Positions 49,151 to 61,827 of a DNA stretch of 64,000 nucleotides are shown here, piece after piece. The stretch covers positions 62,001-126,000 of the forward strand of contig NW_026515687.1 of NCBI RefSeq assembly GCF_025526975.1, in the 5' to 3' direction. The position numbers and the translations under genes were made by a program. Origin of the DNA: Fimicolochytrium jonesii. Its lineage: Eukaryota. The notes under the pieces are model-generated. The model was not told the DNA's origin. It saw only the letters and a list, made by a program, of their open reading frames with translations, and made no database searches. Each line of letters opens with the position of its first letter. Position 1 is the first letter of the stretch.

Positions 49151-52100
49151 CTATGCTGCTCGTCTCCGTATCCACAAAGATTGTGGATGAGCTTTTCGCC
49201 ATCGTTTATAAACAGGCGTGTAGCGAAGTGCGGATTCGGGTTCCCAAGTATGGTCAGGATAACCGAGCCATTTGACTAGAAGATTTGGTACGGCGCGTCG
49301 CTCGTCGATGATATCTTCTACAACCCATTCAGGTTCTCCGCGTTCTTTGATTGATGGAGGAGGTTGTGGAACTGCACGTTGCGGATATTGCTCTTCGCGA
49401 TGTGCTCGTAAAATATCGACGTGAAAGACAGGCCAGATGCCGCTGATCTTCGATGGTGATAGATCGAGTTCGTAGGTATCAGGATGTGCTGCCAGTGCGA
49501 TGATTTTGAATGGTCCGATCCACATAGCTGAGTATCAAAGTCCTCTTCGAGCGTCTCCTTCTAGGTTGATTCCTTGTCGATTTAGATCGACGAGGTCGCC
49601 AATTTTGTATGCGATTGGTGTTCGACCTTTGTCATGTTGATGTGCGAATTGATCTTCCGATCTCTGAAGGTTTTCCCGTACGATACGGGCGATGTCTTCC
49701 TGCCCTTTCTTGAAGAGTTCGATTTTGTTTCGATCTACAGCTCGAAGTTTGAGTCCTTGTCCTTCGAGTGTTGGATTCCAACCCAGAAGGGTTGGAGAGC
49801 GTCCGAGATCTACTTCGAATGGCGATAAACCTTCATATTCCTCCCTCGGAGCGGCATTGTATGCAACTTAGATTAAAGGCAATAGTTTCTTCCAATTGCT
49901 TTTGTTGTAGTTGAGGTATTGCTTCCAAATCCTTTTCAGGGTTTGGATGGCTCGCTCAACTTTGCCGTCGGTTTGTTGATGACGACCAGTAGCGAATTTG
50001 TGTTTTACACCGAGGAGAATATCAAATGCAAGGAAGAAGTCAGAAAGTGCGCGAGGTTCGCGATCCGTAACGAAGACTTTTGGCGTACCGACATGTTTCC
50101 AAACATGATCTAGAACGACTTGGGCTAGTTCGCGTCCAGTAATTGTCTTCTTGATCGGTGTCAGGATCACACGTCCGGAAAGGTAATCGATGCAGACGAG
50201 ACAAGAGTTTGTTTCATCTACTTTGAAAATGTCGAATCCGATCGTGTGACATCTTCCAAAACGTATAGGAAGAGGTCGAAGAAATCCATATCGACAATGA
50301 CCAGGTTTGAAGTGTCGACAGGATTTGCAAGTTCCAACGTATTTGATAACGTCGGAGCGTACGGTAGGCCAGTAATAGTCCGTAAGAATTCTCGCGAGAG
50401 TCTTCTTAACGCCGAGATGTCCTCCGGTGGCAAGTTCGTCATGGAATTTCCGCAAAATCTTTGGGCAAATGTTCTCAGGAACGTATAGACGTCCTTTGTG
50501 TTGTACTAATCCATTTTCAAACGTATAACGGAGTTCTTTCAAAGTTTTCTCGTGTTGAGGTTTTCGAGAAATTTCATCGAGATAATCCGAATATGGATCT
50601 TCGCATAGCGCTTTTTTCCATTCTTCTTCTGAGCAGGTAGGTGAGTTTTGTGGATCGTCTGTCCTAGCATTGGAGGAAGGTTCATTGACAAGCATGTTGC
50701 TGATCTGCGTATGCATGTCGAGGCGTCGTTGACAATCTACACACCGAGGCGCATAGATTGGATTGCGGGAGAGCATGTGAGCGATATGATCCCATTGTCC
50801 AGGATGTCGAAATCATACTCTTGTAGCTTCTCCACCCAATTAGCTTGTCTTCTGCTCAAATGGGGTTGCGTTTGGATGAATTCGAGTCCCTTGTGATCGC
50901 TAAAACATCGGAAGTAACAACCATTAAGATATGGTTGATTGGCGACCAACATCTTGACAAGAGCTAAGAGCTCCTGTTCGTGCGTAGGATATCGAGTTTT
51001 TGCGTCCTTCATCTTTCTAGAAAAGAAGACCACAGGCCGGAGCCGAGGTAACTTCTTCCATTGTCCGACAAGAGTAGGCAGATTCGTAGGGATCGTTTCA
51101 TTGCCAGAAGGTTGTCCAATCCAGCCAGCGATAGCGTAGCCTGATGAGTCGGTACAGACATAAATCGGCTTGGTTTCATCGATTGTTGCTAGGGTAGGCG
51201 CAATGATCAACGCTTCTTTCAACTTTTGAAATGCCTCTTGTTGCTCAGGACCCCATCGAAATTTGACTTTCGAAGATTGAATACTTGATAGGGGCAGAGC
51301 GATGTCCGAATAACCTTGTACGAAGTTGAGGAAGTAGTTCGTGAACCCGAGAAAGCTTTGAACTCCTTTTGTTGATTTTGGAGTAGCCCAATCCTTAATA
51401 GCTTGGATTTTCGAGGGCGCGATGCAAACACCATGTCTTCACAATATGTCCACACCATTCGAGTTCTTCTTTAGCCCATATGCACTTTGAAGGCTTGATG
51501 AAAAGGGCGTGTTCTTCAAGTTTCTTCAGGATACAATCGACATGTTCCCGATGATCGGCTAAGGTCTTGGAGAAAATGAAAATGTCGTCCAGGTAGGTAG
51601 CAAGGAAATCGTCGTAATCTTTATGGAAGATCTTATTCATAGGACGTTGAAATGCAGCAGGTGCGTTGGTAAGTCTGAACGGCATGACCAAATACTCGAA
51701 ATGTCCGAAGCGAGTTCGTATTGCCGTTTTTTCTCGATCTTGTTTTCGTATAAGAGGACAATGGTATGCTTCTCGAATATCGATAAGCGTAAACCATTTA
51801 CAACCTTGAATGCGATCCCTCATCTCACGGATATTGGGTAAAGGAGTGCAATCTTTCTTGGTGACAGCGTTGAGACCTCGGTAGTCCCAACAGATGCGTA
51901 ATCCCCCATCTTTCTTTTTCGCAAAGACGACACTAGCTCCCCAGGGACTTGAGGAGTGTTGTATCCATCGTTTTTCGAGCATCGAACTGATTTGTTTCTT
52001 ATGTTCAGCGAGTTCTTCTTTGTTCATGTGCCGAAGAGGTTGCCAAACGGGGTCAGCACCTTCAGTGAGTTCGATCTTGAACTTATCTTCTCGCGATCAG

Positions 52101-52998
52101 GGGGTAAACCTTTCGGTTCCTTGAAGAGCGTATTGACGTATTTATTTAGGATATCTTTAAGATGTCCTGGATTTCCTTTAAGCTCTTGAGGAGCGTCCAG
52201 TATTTCGTTAAGAGCGAGGCGACAGACCGTGTCTTTTTCAAACTTGTTCCGTCGCCAAGCCTTATCGAATCGCTTAGAAGTCATTTCTGTGACTTGAGGA
52301 TTGCGAAGGGCATTGGCTTGAGCGAATCAAGAAACATAATGAGGTGCAGCTTGTAGAGGACGTGTATCCACAGGTTTAATGATCCGAACAGGTCGAACAG
52401 GTCTTTTATCGTAGACCGGATCTTGTTGTACATCGAAGTAAGGGTTGTTGTGTTTCGGGATATATTCGACATCTTCCCAGTTTCTTGAAGTTCTTTTGCA
52501 TTTGATGGTGACAGACTGCGGTGCGTTTGGTATAGGGCCATGATTGGTCCAGCAAAGGATAGGTAAGGTACTCATCGAGAATTGTTCAGCGTAATTAAAG
52601 AAACGTCAAAAAGGCGTTCCAATAATAGCGTCGTAAGCCAGATTACTGACTAGCCAGGAGAGTTGTCCAACTAAGAAAAGCGACTGAGATTCAAGATCCC
52701 ATAGATCTAACTTTTCCGAAACGACCGTGTTGAGAATCATGTAGGATTCTTTGTCGGCCAGCCATATCTGCTTTGGTTCAATACCTTTCTTGGAAAATTT
52801 GTGCTTTTCGACGAATGTCTTGTCAAGAAATAACCCAGTTGCGCTGCTATCGAAAAGAACACAAGCAAACTTGTTTCCGATGCGACAATGAGAGACCCAG
52901 AGTCCAGCAGACAGTGGTTCGAAGGCAGGTTTGTCGGTAGGATCGTATGTTGTAGGCCGAGCAGAGCTACCGAGGGGCTCTATCGACCTTGGAAAAAA
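49151..52998 (-). pseudogene. pol: pol of second Gypsy (PR LFDSSA, RT YLDD, RNase H, integrase, chromodomain), multiple frameshifts
   Basis: ORF pieces 51395-52027, 50737-51222, 49868-50776 and 49151-49525 (EWVVEDIID...VKWLGY...TWEP). Confidence 0.9.
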
Positions 52999-54317
52999 CT
53001 CAAAGATTGATTTGTAGTAGTATTCGTAGTATTCGCAGAGTTGACGGCGTCATCGAGAATTTCCGTAATGCGTGACCCAGCATCAACCTGCTTGGCTGAA
53101 CCTTGTTGTTGATTAGGTTGGCGACTGCGCTGCGGAGTCTGAGCGCCACGACCGCGCTGTCGAAAACCACCGCGTCGGTTCTGGGTTTGCGAGCCTTGCT
53201 GTTGATTTTCAGGATTTGACCAGCATTCAACTCTCCAATGTCCCATTTTGTTACAAAGGGGACAAGGAGTTGTTGGACGCTGACGAGGAACGTGAGTAGT
53301 TTGCCATTGTCCACGTCGACGAAAGGGTTGTCGACATTGGTAGGGAACTTGACCTGCAGTGAGACGGCTCACTCCAGGGGGATAGTATGACGTACCGAGG
53401 GCATTGAGCCCAAAGGTCATATCATCTAAGTCTTGCTCGAATTCCGTAATTTGAGGATTGGTGTAAGGGGCGAATCGTCCGCCACAACCACCGCCACGAC
53501 TACCTCGACCGCGGCTGGCTCCATGGCCTCCACAAGCACTCGATGCCGAGGCAATTGGACGAGGCGTATTGGCTTGGTTGCCATCAGTGAACCCGTGAGC
53601 CACATGAGCACGACGAGCTGCAGTGATAGCTTGATCGAGAGTGATAGCGGTGTTGATATTGGTAGTGCCCGAGACTTCGAAGTTCGTCACGGCTTCAGCA
53701 AGATAATGACCGATTACCGTATTCTTGAGAAGACCGGCCTTGAAGTATCGAATCTGATCGATAAGGGGAATGGTGCCTTGAGTGTTATCGAGACGATGAG
53801 CGGCTTCAAGCTCATTATTGGTGTCCTGAAACTCCTTGATATATTTTTCGAGAGAGTCACCAAGCTTAAGACCGGAGAGCTTGAGCTCAATAGTATTACG
53901 CAAGTTGCGAGGATAAAAGTGAGGGACAAGAGCCGTTTCGAAAGCTGTCCAACTTGCGGGAGCGCCAGAGGTGTAAGTCGTATTGTACCACTCAAGAGCA
54001 GTACCCTTGAGATAGGTAGTGAGCGTAGGGGCATACTCTGCCATAGTAAAGGGTATGGCGTTGGCAGCTCCAGTACCGTCTGATCCAGCTTGTACAGCCG
54101 GGACAGTAAGAGACTCGAGAAAGTTGTGGTGAGACGTAACGAACTCTTCGATCTTTTTGGCAGCTTTGGCGCCATCGTATTCGACGAGCTTGTTCTTGCG
54201 AGCGTCCATAAGAAGTCTGAAACGTTCGGCTTGTTGGACATCCTGCGTAACAGCACGCTCCCAAGTAGCGAAAGCAGCTGCGACAGCCGCAACGATAGCT
54301 TGAGTTTGTTGGTCCAT
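52980..54317 (-). CDS. gag: gag of second Gypsy with CCHC knuckle
   Basis: YLKGTALEWY, CPLCNKMGHWRVEC. Ends at slippery U UUU UUC (52992-52998). Confidence 0.88.
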   Translation of the reverse strand: MDQQTQAIVAAVAAAFATWERAVTQDVQQAERFRLLMDARKNKLVEYDGAKAAKKIEEFVTSHHNFLESLTVPAVQAGSDGTGAANAIPFTMAEYAPTLTTYLKGTALEWYNTTYTSGAPASWTAFETALVPHFYPRNLRNTIELKLSGLKLGDSLEKYIKEFQDTNNELEAAHRLDNTQGTIPLIDQIRYFKAGLLKNTVIGHYLAEAVTNFEVSGTTNINTAITLDQAITAARRAHVAHGFTDGNQANTPRPIASASSACGGHGASRGRGSRGGGCGGRFAPYTNPQITEFEQDLDDMTFGLNALGTSYYPPGVSRLTAGQVPYQCRQPFRRRGQWQTTHVPRQRPTTPCPLCNKMGHWRVECWSNPENQQQGSQTQNRRGGFRQRGRGAQTPQRSRQPNQQQGSAKQVDAGSRITEILDDAVNSANTTNTTTNQSLSFFQGR

Positions 54318-54411
54318 TCTTGCTTGTGAACGAGTGTAAGTGGGACGTCCGGTAGAGGGGCAACGTTGACAAGGAATGTCTTGGTGATGCTAGCGGTAGG
54401 TGGTGCTACCA

Positions 54412-54912
54412 TGTAACGTCAGAGGAAATGTAGACGATATTGGGCTTTTCTGAGAGGGCTGAGAGCAGTGTATTGTAGTGAAGAAAAAAGTAAGAAGCTC
54501 TTTGCAGCGGCCGCTCGGCTGACAGCTTTATATATGCGCTGCCAGTGGGGCTTGCGTGGCTTTAGTGAGGCTTGGCGCCTTATGTAATGTATCACCGAGA
54601 GCTCGGGTGGCCAGCCCGGGTCTCGGATGAAGTAGAAGTAAAGAGATATAATATGAAATACAAGTGGAGATGAGATATCCCCGACACTGAGAGCAGTGTA
54701 TTGTAGTGAAGAAAAAAGTAAGAAGCTCTTCGCAGCGCCCGCTTGACTGACAGCCTTATATATGGGCTCTCAGTGGGGCTTGCGTGGCTTCAGTGAGGCT
54801 GGGCGCCTTATGTAATGTATCACCGAGAACCCGGGTGGCCAGCCCGGGTCTTGGATCAAGTAGAAGTAAAGAGATATAATATGAAATACAAGTGAAGATG
54901 AGTTACCTGACA
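54412..54912 (-). repeat. 5' LTR plus tandem partial LTR duplicate
   Basis: Full LTR 54412-54686, followed by a copy lacking its first ~47 nt (54687-54912). Confidence 0.9.
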
Positions 54913-55671
54913 ACCTACGCCGACCCCAGTAACGAATTCGGGTTGTCTACCTTTGCTCACACTACGGCGCGCGCAACAGCAACAGGGACGTCTCCGATGC
55001 TGTCTGCGATGCTTAGTGACGGGTCGGGTAATGCTGATAATGTTTATCAGCGGATCGAGACCCATTTTGGCACACTTGCACGTAAGTTACAAATGGTTCA
55101 GTTGCCTTTGTCCTCATGTAGCCGGCCACTAATGTGTGGTATTATAGAAACATGCCCCAAACGCCGCATGTACTTTACCTCCAGGGAGGATGTCGTCGCG
55201 TTTGTCAAAGAACGCTACAATCACGCATTCATGAAGGAGTGTCACCAAACACGTTTTTGCGAGATATCGGCCTTCCATGAGGGATCCGTACTTTGCGGCG
55301 CTGGCCAAAGCAAAAATGGATTAAGGTCAGCGAGACATGTGGGGAATGTATGCCCCTTACCTGGAATTCAAGTGGCGCAAAAAGGGGCAGAAGCTGTCTC
55401 TAGGTAAGGTGACCGGACCGTGTTCCCGCATGCATTGACACAGCGCACTCATCTATGTATTATAGACAACATTTTTGCTCCGGTTCTCCCAAATGACCCT
55501 CTCTCTATGCGGCCCGGGGCGCGGATCCACCAGTTTGTTGACAAGGCTGCATGGGCACAGAACCGGGACGGAGACCACCAGCCCACACCAACACCTGGCC
55601 CAACCCACACTACCACACCCAGCGCCATCTCAAACCCCAACATTGGCTTTGCTTTCGGCGGAGTTGACGAC

Positions 55672-55902
55672 GGCGGCGGTGGAGTTGAAACCATGGTGGA
55701 CAGCGGCGGTGGAGTTGAAATCATGGCGGACAGCGGCGGTAGCAGTGGAGTTGAAATCATGGCGGACAGCGGCGGTGGCGGTGGAGTTGAAATCATGGCA
55801 GACAGCGGCGGTGGAGTTGAAATCATGGCAGACAGCGGCAGTGGAGTTGAAACCATGGCAGACAGCGGCGGCGGTGGTGGCAGCGGCGGCGGTGGAGTTG
55901 AG
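55672..55902 (+). repeat. Coding tandem repeat (GGGVE[I/T]MADS)n, 30-39 nt units, about 6-7 copies
   Basis: GGTGGAGTTGAAA.CATGGC.GACAGCGGC repeated in frame in ORF 55420-56463. Confidence 0.9.
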
Positions 55903-57364
55903 GGAGTTGACAAGGACCAGGCGCGACAGATGATGAAGACTACCTATGATGAAAAGCGGCTGCTAGATTTCGTTGCGCAAATGGCAGAGACCATCAACAC
56001 ACTCCGCACCCAGACAGATGACTTGGCAGCTCAGCTCTCTTCGGCAGCTCAGCTCTCTTTGGCAGAGCCCAACATCGAACCAGTCGAACCCGTCGAACCC
56101 GTCGCAGCCGCCACTACTGAATCTCCTACGCACGGGCGCGTCAACAATGAAGAGCTAAACCCCGACCCCTCTGCAATGAATATAGACGTTGACGGTTGGT
56201 GGAACCGGCCGCCGGCAATGTGGAAAGGCGAGCCGTGGCCAAAGGTGGATGAAAAGCAAAAATATGCCGGTGGGCCAGTGGGCTCTCGGTTGTGGCAGAA
56301 AGGAAGGAGAAGGAGACCTGAGGATACCGGCAGGGTCGTCGATCATCGAACCCGCTATCATTCGGCGGATTGTCAAAACCGATTGCTGGCTGAACGATCA
56401 AGCTGTCAACAGGTCCGTTCCCGCTTTCCCGTGCGAGTGTGTGTCATTGTTGTCACTCACTGATACTTGTCTCTGGATATATAGGTGGTGCGCGTTGTTA
56501 CAAGCCAGGTCATCACGGCGCCCAACCATTTATCCGCCACTGCTAGCCGTTGGATCCACTTGGCTCCAAAGTGTCAAAATGGCACGGACATCCAATGTCC
56601 CTATTCGGCTTGTTCCGGTAAGAAAAGTTACTTAAACGTACCGTACTTAACTAAACTAACTTTCCTTTTTTGTTTTATGTTAAGCGGTCGATCAACGTTG
56701 CAGAGTACAACATACTGCTATTCCCATCAAACCCAGATAATCTGCACTGGGTCCTGTTTGCAATACTTGTCGCGGTGCCGGCGCCCAAGTCCGCAAAACC
56801 CCTGGCCCCCCTGGTTCGCCATTAACCAGACACGAAAACGTATTCCTCGTTTTATTTGACTCAAAGCCTCGCCCGAATGACGACGACTACGTTGATAAGA
56901 TGGCCAATATCGGCTCCCTCTTGTGGGATTGGTACATTACGGCCACTGAAGCCCCGCTCAATCACACACCGACACCGACGGTTGACGCCCTCTTCACGCC
57001 TCGACAGACCGATGACCAGAACTGCGGTACATTTGTGTGCATGATGGCTAATGCCATTGCCCGTGGTACGGTGGGTGAGGCCTCGGAATCATGGGCCGAT
57101 ACGCAGACCGCCGTCAATGCCCGCCATAATATCGCTCTGAGCATCGTTTTGGCGACGTTTCTTAATGATGGGGATGCTCATCAGTATATGAATGTGACGA
57201 AGTGCTAGATCTCTGGTGACTGTAGCCGTAGTCCCTTCAACAGCATCATTGTACAGCAGTAGTCAAAATGCCGTACAAACATCCGGCACAAAATGGAGGG
57301 GCTTGCCATTGACAGTGGAATGACAGGAGGGGGTGAGGAGTTGCCGCTCTGATTCTCTGCATGA

Positions 57365-60300
57365 TTGTTTTCGTCATTATACCAATTTTTGAAAGCGCAT
57401 TATTCATGCCCGCAGAGCAAAATTCAAGCGGCGATGAACCGTCCATTAACCACCTCCGAAATTACGAACACTGTGTTTTATTACAACCTCAACAATTACG
57501 ACCCTGCTTGGGAATTTTGGCTGACGGTAGGATACTGGTCTTTCCAAATAGTTGAGGTTGAATCCGGACTCGGGGACGTTTTAAACAGTCTCCCACAACC
57601 GTTTCCCCCTTCTCAGGACTTATCTGCGCAACGTTATAATATTAAAATGGTAAGGATCATCCGAGTCCCTCCAAATCGACAGGATGCTGACGATATAAAC
57701 AGTCAAACACAATACGAGGCGCACCGAAATATGTGCCGTCTACAGCCCCAATCCGAGGGAGCAGCATTATCGCTAGTGTTACGAGGACATCAGCGGCAGC
57801 AGGATCAGGTGTGAATGGGCCCTTGCGCTTCAGGACAGAACAAGGACGATCATGTCATGGCTTAGTGTCGGTCATCTCTTTTCCAACATGTAGCTCAAAT
57901 ATCGCTGGTACAACCAGGTGCTGCCTCTGGACTCACCATCAGGCTTACATCACTGCCGAGCTGTGGGAGCGTAGCACCGTATTGACGTTGCAAGCATCTG
58001 GGGGCACTGCACTGTCTACTGTGTCCAGCACCTTCTCAGCCGACAAAGAGGTCAATATGATATCTCCCGCGGCTCCCAGCGATGCACCAGTCTCGGACAT
58101 ATGTAGATTTCAGTACACTGTGTCGGACGGCTCCACGACGTCCTCGGTAATGACCGTAAACGCTTACGTCAAGACGAATCGGAAACCCATTGTAGGCGAT
58201 GGTGGCGGAGTCTTGTATTGCGACGGTAAGTATAAAAGCTCCGTCATAAATCAGTCATAAATCTGTCATAAATCAGTTAACATTGTAATCTACATGGCAG
58301 GGGATGACTACGCATACGCCAAGGTAACTTTTGCAAAGCAGTTTTGCTCAAATTGGAGGATATCTGACTGAAAGCTGCTTTCCAGGATTTTTCTTTCGAT
58401 ACTGCGGATTACGGAGAATACGTAAGAGAGAATCAACGCAATAATTCCCCTGAGAAGTTGACATTAATCATCGCTTTATTACATGAGACGATTGAATTTT
58501 GGTCATACCAATTCTATTCCGACAGCCACCCTGTTCTCTTTCGGGTTGGTTTCCAGGCGCAATGGACTTGGAATAAACGCTAACGGGGGTTTCCTTTGAA
58601 CCCCACAGAAACAACAAGATTGGAGTAAATTACACAGGCAATTGGTGTCTTCGAAAAGAAAGTCGCTGGTCAAAATCAGACTTTTGCATTGGCCGGTTTA
58701 AATTTGATCAGTACTCGCCGAATCAGAAAGCGGAAGCTTACAACTCGTAAGTAGCTGAAGCAAACAATTCGACGGGTGTTGCAGAAAGTTTGACCTTGTC
58801 TTCCTGTCTGACAGATGGGATCCCACTACCGGAAACGGACTTCTGAGTCTTGATATTACGCCGGTCTTTGAGCAATGGTGCGTTCACTTCCCAACGTATA
58901 CCCGGATCAAGAGGCTCGGAAAATATACCCACGTAGCTTCCGAACTCTTTTTTCAGGAAACACATGGCAATCGTTTCAACTAACACAACATTGCGGATGT
59001 ATCTGAAGTGAGTATCATATAGGCAACGCTCAATCCACGTGATTCAGACTCTGAGGTTGGCATTTTTGTAGCGGCGAACTTCTTGGACAGATCGCGAATG
59101 TGCCGTTTTTCGGGAAGCGGGACGGGTTATACTTGTGTCATTGGTACGTGAGAGGCATAAAGAATATTTCAAACAATGCCTCCCAACATGTTTTAACAAA
59201 ACATGCAATAGGCCATTCTGGGGAAATTACCACTACTATAAAGTGAGTGCCGGAAACGGTGTCCTGCGGAAGGTCCAGCTATCTTAACGCGTGCTTCTCC
59301 GAAGGGGTTCCTTGACGAGTTTAGAGTCTCCAATTACGCGCGAAGCCGGAATGAAATCCAAGCCGACATGCACACCACTCTGACGGGAACCAAACAGGGA
59401 CTCAAAGGCTACTGGTATGGAAACAGTCGAATAGTTCTGTGGGTGCTCGTGATAATCAAAATGGTTTTGGTTTCAGGAACCTTGATCAGTATGCCGATGC
59501 CATAGCGTTCCAACAGCCTTATTCGCAAAACCGGTATCTCAAGGATTCAAGTCCTTTCAAAAACGACCTTGTCCCAGGTGGATGTGTTCCCAATAAGCTT
59601 CCTTATTGCCCACTGGGTGCCGGGCAATGCACAGCGACAGAAGTGCCTCAGGCAGATTGCTGGGACAAGGATGGGAGCACACAGAAAGCCGCGGCACTAC
59701 CGGCGCTGTACCTGCCCAATGCTCCCGTCGGAGGGTATTTGGCCCCACTTCTGGTAGAGCCAGGCATCAACACTACCGTGTCCCTAACGGCTTTCGATCC
59801 TGATGGTGACGTCCTGACGATCAAAATTGTCACTGTTCCGGAACGAGGCGCATTCTACACGAGTAGCGGCAAGGCTGTAGCTGCTGGGGATGAATTTCTT
59901 GCGGGCACTGAGCTTACCTTTTACAATCCCAACGAGTATGAAGGCGGGAAGCCGGCATCACAAATTACTTATCTCGTTTCCGACGGATTGGACACGGCAT
60001 CCAAGCAAGCTACCGTGCCTATACACGTCAAATGTCCTCCTGGAACTTTCTTGAACCTTGAAACAAACCATTGCGAAGACTGTCCACACGGCCAGTATAT
60101 GCTAGGCAGCGGATTCCAGAATCAGTGTGTGCGCTACTCGAACTTTGTCTGGAAGTCTGGCCTCGGCGGAGTGGTCGCCGCTATCAAAACGGTGGCATTG
60201 GCATACGTGTGTGTCTTGGCCATAGCGGTCATCATATACAGAAAGAGCAATATAATTCGGGCCGCCAGCCCTGGGTTCTCTTTTCAAATTATCTTCGGAA

Positions 60301-61827
60301 GCATTCTTGGACTGTTGGACGTATACACCTACATCGACATTCCGAATGCCACTACCTGCATTCTGCAGCCTTTGTTCGTTGCTGTTGGGTTCACAATCGC
60401 GATCGGGTGAGAAAACTCCTCAACAAACCATTGCCTTGACGCAGCCTGTCGACTAATAGCTTAATGCTTTGTATGCTGTAGGAGCCTCGTGATTAAGACG
60501 CTACGTGTTCACATCTTATTGTAAGTCTACATTTTCATGATTCCGACACCTGTGTCCCATTGCATTGTTAACCAAGCTTATACTTCCGGTATAGCAACTT
60601 TCCTTTCACCGCCAAGCGGTTTCGCTGGGCCCTGCGAGACAGGTTCCTCTTCGCAGTCTCTGGAGCAGCAGTCGCAGTTGATTGGGTACGAATGGCTTGT
60701 CAAAGGTTCGCCTGGAGGAAGATCTGATCAATTGCTATAGATCATTTTGATAGCCTGGTTCGCACAGGACAAACCTCGGCCGCAACTGCTAACGGATGTT
60801 GGCGGTTCATTGTATTGTATGTCCGTGCTGTCCGTATATACTTCTCGGGGAAGCTTTGCCAACTCGCATCTTCCTTTTTAGGGGGTTGCACTTCGAATGA
60901 TTCTTCTACTGCTCAAGCTTTCTCGACAACTCTGATTGTGTACAACAGTCTTTGGTTGCTTCTCGGCATTTATTCCGCGGTTCAAGTGCGCAATGTGAAA
61001 TCGGCCTTCAACGAATCTCAGCATATCATTAGCTGCATCTACACCCTTATGCTGGTTTCAGTCATCCTTCTACCGATGAACTACGCAGTCGAGCTGTTTG
61101 GATTTCAAGTCCGCAGCCTCTTCGTTGCATTCCTGCTCATTTTGGGCTCCGTCTTCGTATCCACCCAGCTTTTCATCCCGAAGCTCATCGCTATCAGGGC
61201 TTTGGAAACGCGCGACAATAAAGAAGATGCCGATTCAGGGACACAATCCAGGAATAGGAGCCCATCCCATAAACCTTCAGCCAACGATTTGGAGGACAGC
61301 AACCAAACAAACTCCTTTGGCGTTGAAAGCATTTCGCACGAGCAGCAAATGGAGAAATGCATGTGTTTATCGGTAAGACTTCATGCAGCTTTGCTTTCGT
61401 GGACAAGTGGGCGTTGATAGGTTATTTCCGTGCAGGTCACGCTGGTTCAATCTCAAATTGGCACCGGGATTCTTGGCGCATTTTCAGCACATTCGTTGTT
61501 TTATCTTGCTAACAAAGGGGCTATCATTTTACGGAAGCTATGACATCTATGGGATTCTGCACATCATCGCGAACGCGCTCCGTACTAACCCTCTCCTCCC
61601 CTCTTTAGTATCGACAAAGCACGTCAAATTACTATGTGTATCAGCGAAACAGTGTGAAAACAGTCAACGATACCACCATCTCTCTTGCCACGCAAGATGG
61701 TGAGCATATCAAACTCAGATTTGGAGACAAAGAGCACAAAGATGCTTGGATGACCGCCTTGAAGGCCGGTGCAAAGGCGATCGGCCCTATATCTACCGTA
61801 GCGGCGACAGCCAGTCTCCAGCCGTAG
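57365..61827 (+). CDS. Class C (7tm_3) GPCR-like protein with LamG/cadherin-like/Cys-rich ectodomain and PH-like C-terminus, many small exons
   Basis: LamG-like KHMAIV...MYLNG...GFLDEFRVSNYARS; AFDPDGDVLT...YLVSDG; CPPGTF...CEDCPHGQY; 7TM RKSNIIRAASPGF, IKTLRV, VRNVKSAFNES, FIPKL; tail LRFGDKEHKDAWMTALK. Start and exon structure uncertain. Confidence 0.75.

Larger units (their letters stand above)
48562..54912 (-). mobile_element. Chromoviral Ty3/Gypsy retrotransposon, second family, 5-bp TSD ACCTA
   Basis: TSD at 48557-48561 and 54913-54917. LTRs 48562-48836 and 54412-54686 plus an extra partial LTR 54687-54912. PBS TGGTAGCACC (54402-54411) and PPT TGAGGGAGG. Confidence 0.95.
48194..57208 (+). 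pseudogene. Transposon-associated gene with C-terminal Ulp1/C48 protease domain, split by the Gypsy at 48562-54912
   Basis: Removing the Gypsy and one ACCTA rejoins ...KRLLTY-ADPSNEFG... in frame. C-terminal NLHWVLFAI (His, ~56745) and PRQTDDQNCGTFVC (Gln/Cys). Spliced, with frameshifts. Confidence 0.68.
29381..57251. mobile_element. Putative ~27.9-kb (about 10 kb without nested retroelements) cargo-carrying DNA transposon with Fanzor1, TET/JBP x2 and Ulp1-like genes
   Basis: Perfect 11-nt inverted match GTACAATGATG (29378-29388) / CATCATTGTAC (57244-57254), readable as TA target duplication plus CAATGATG termini, at both borders between host genes and mobile content. No transposase seen. 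Confidence 0.5.
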
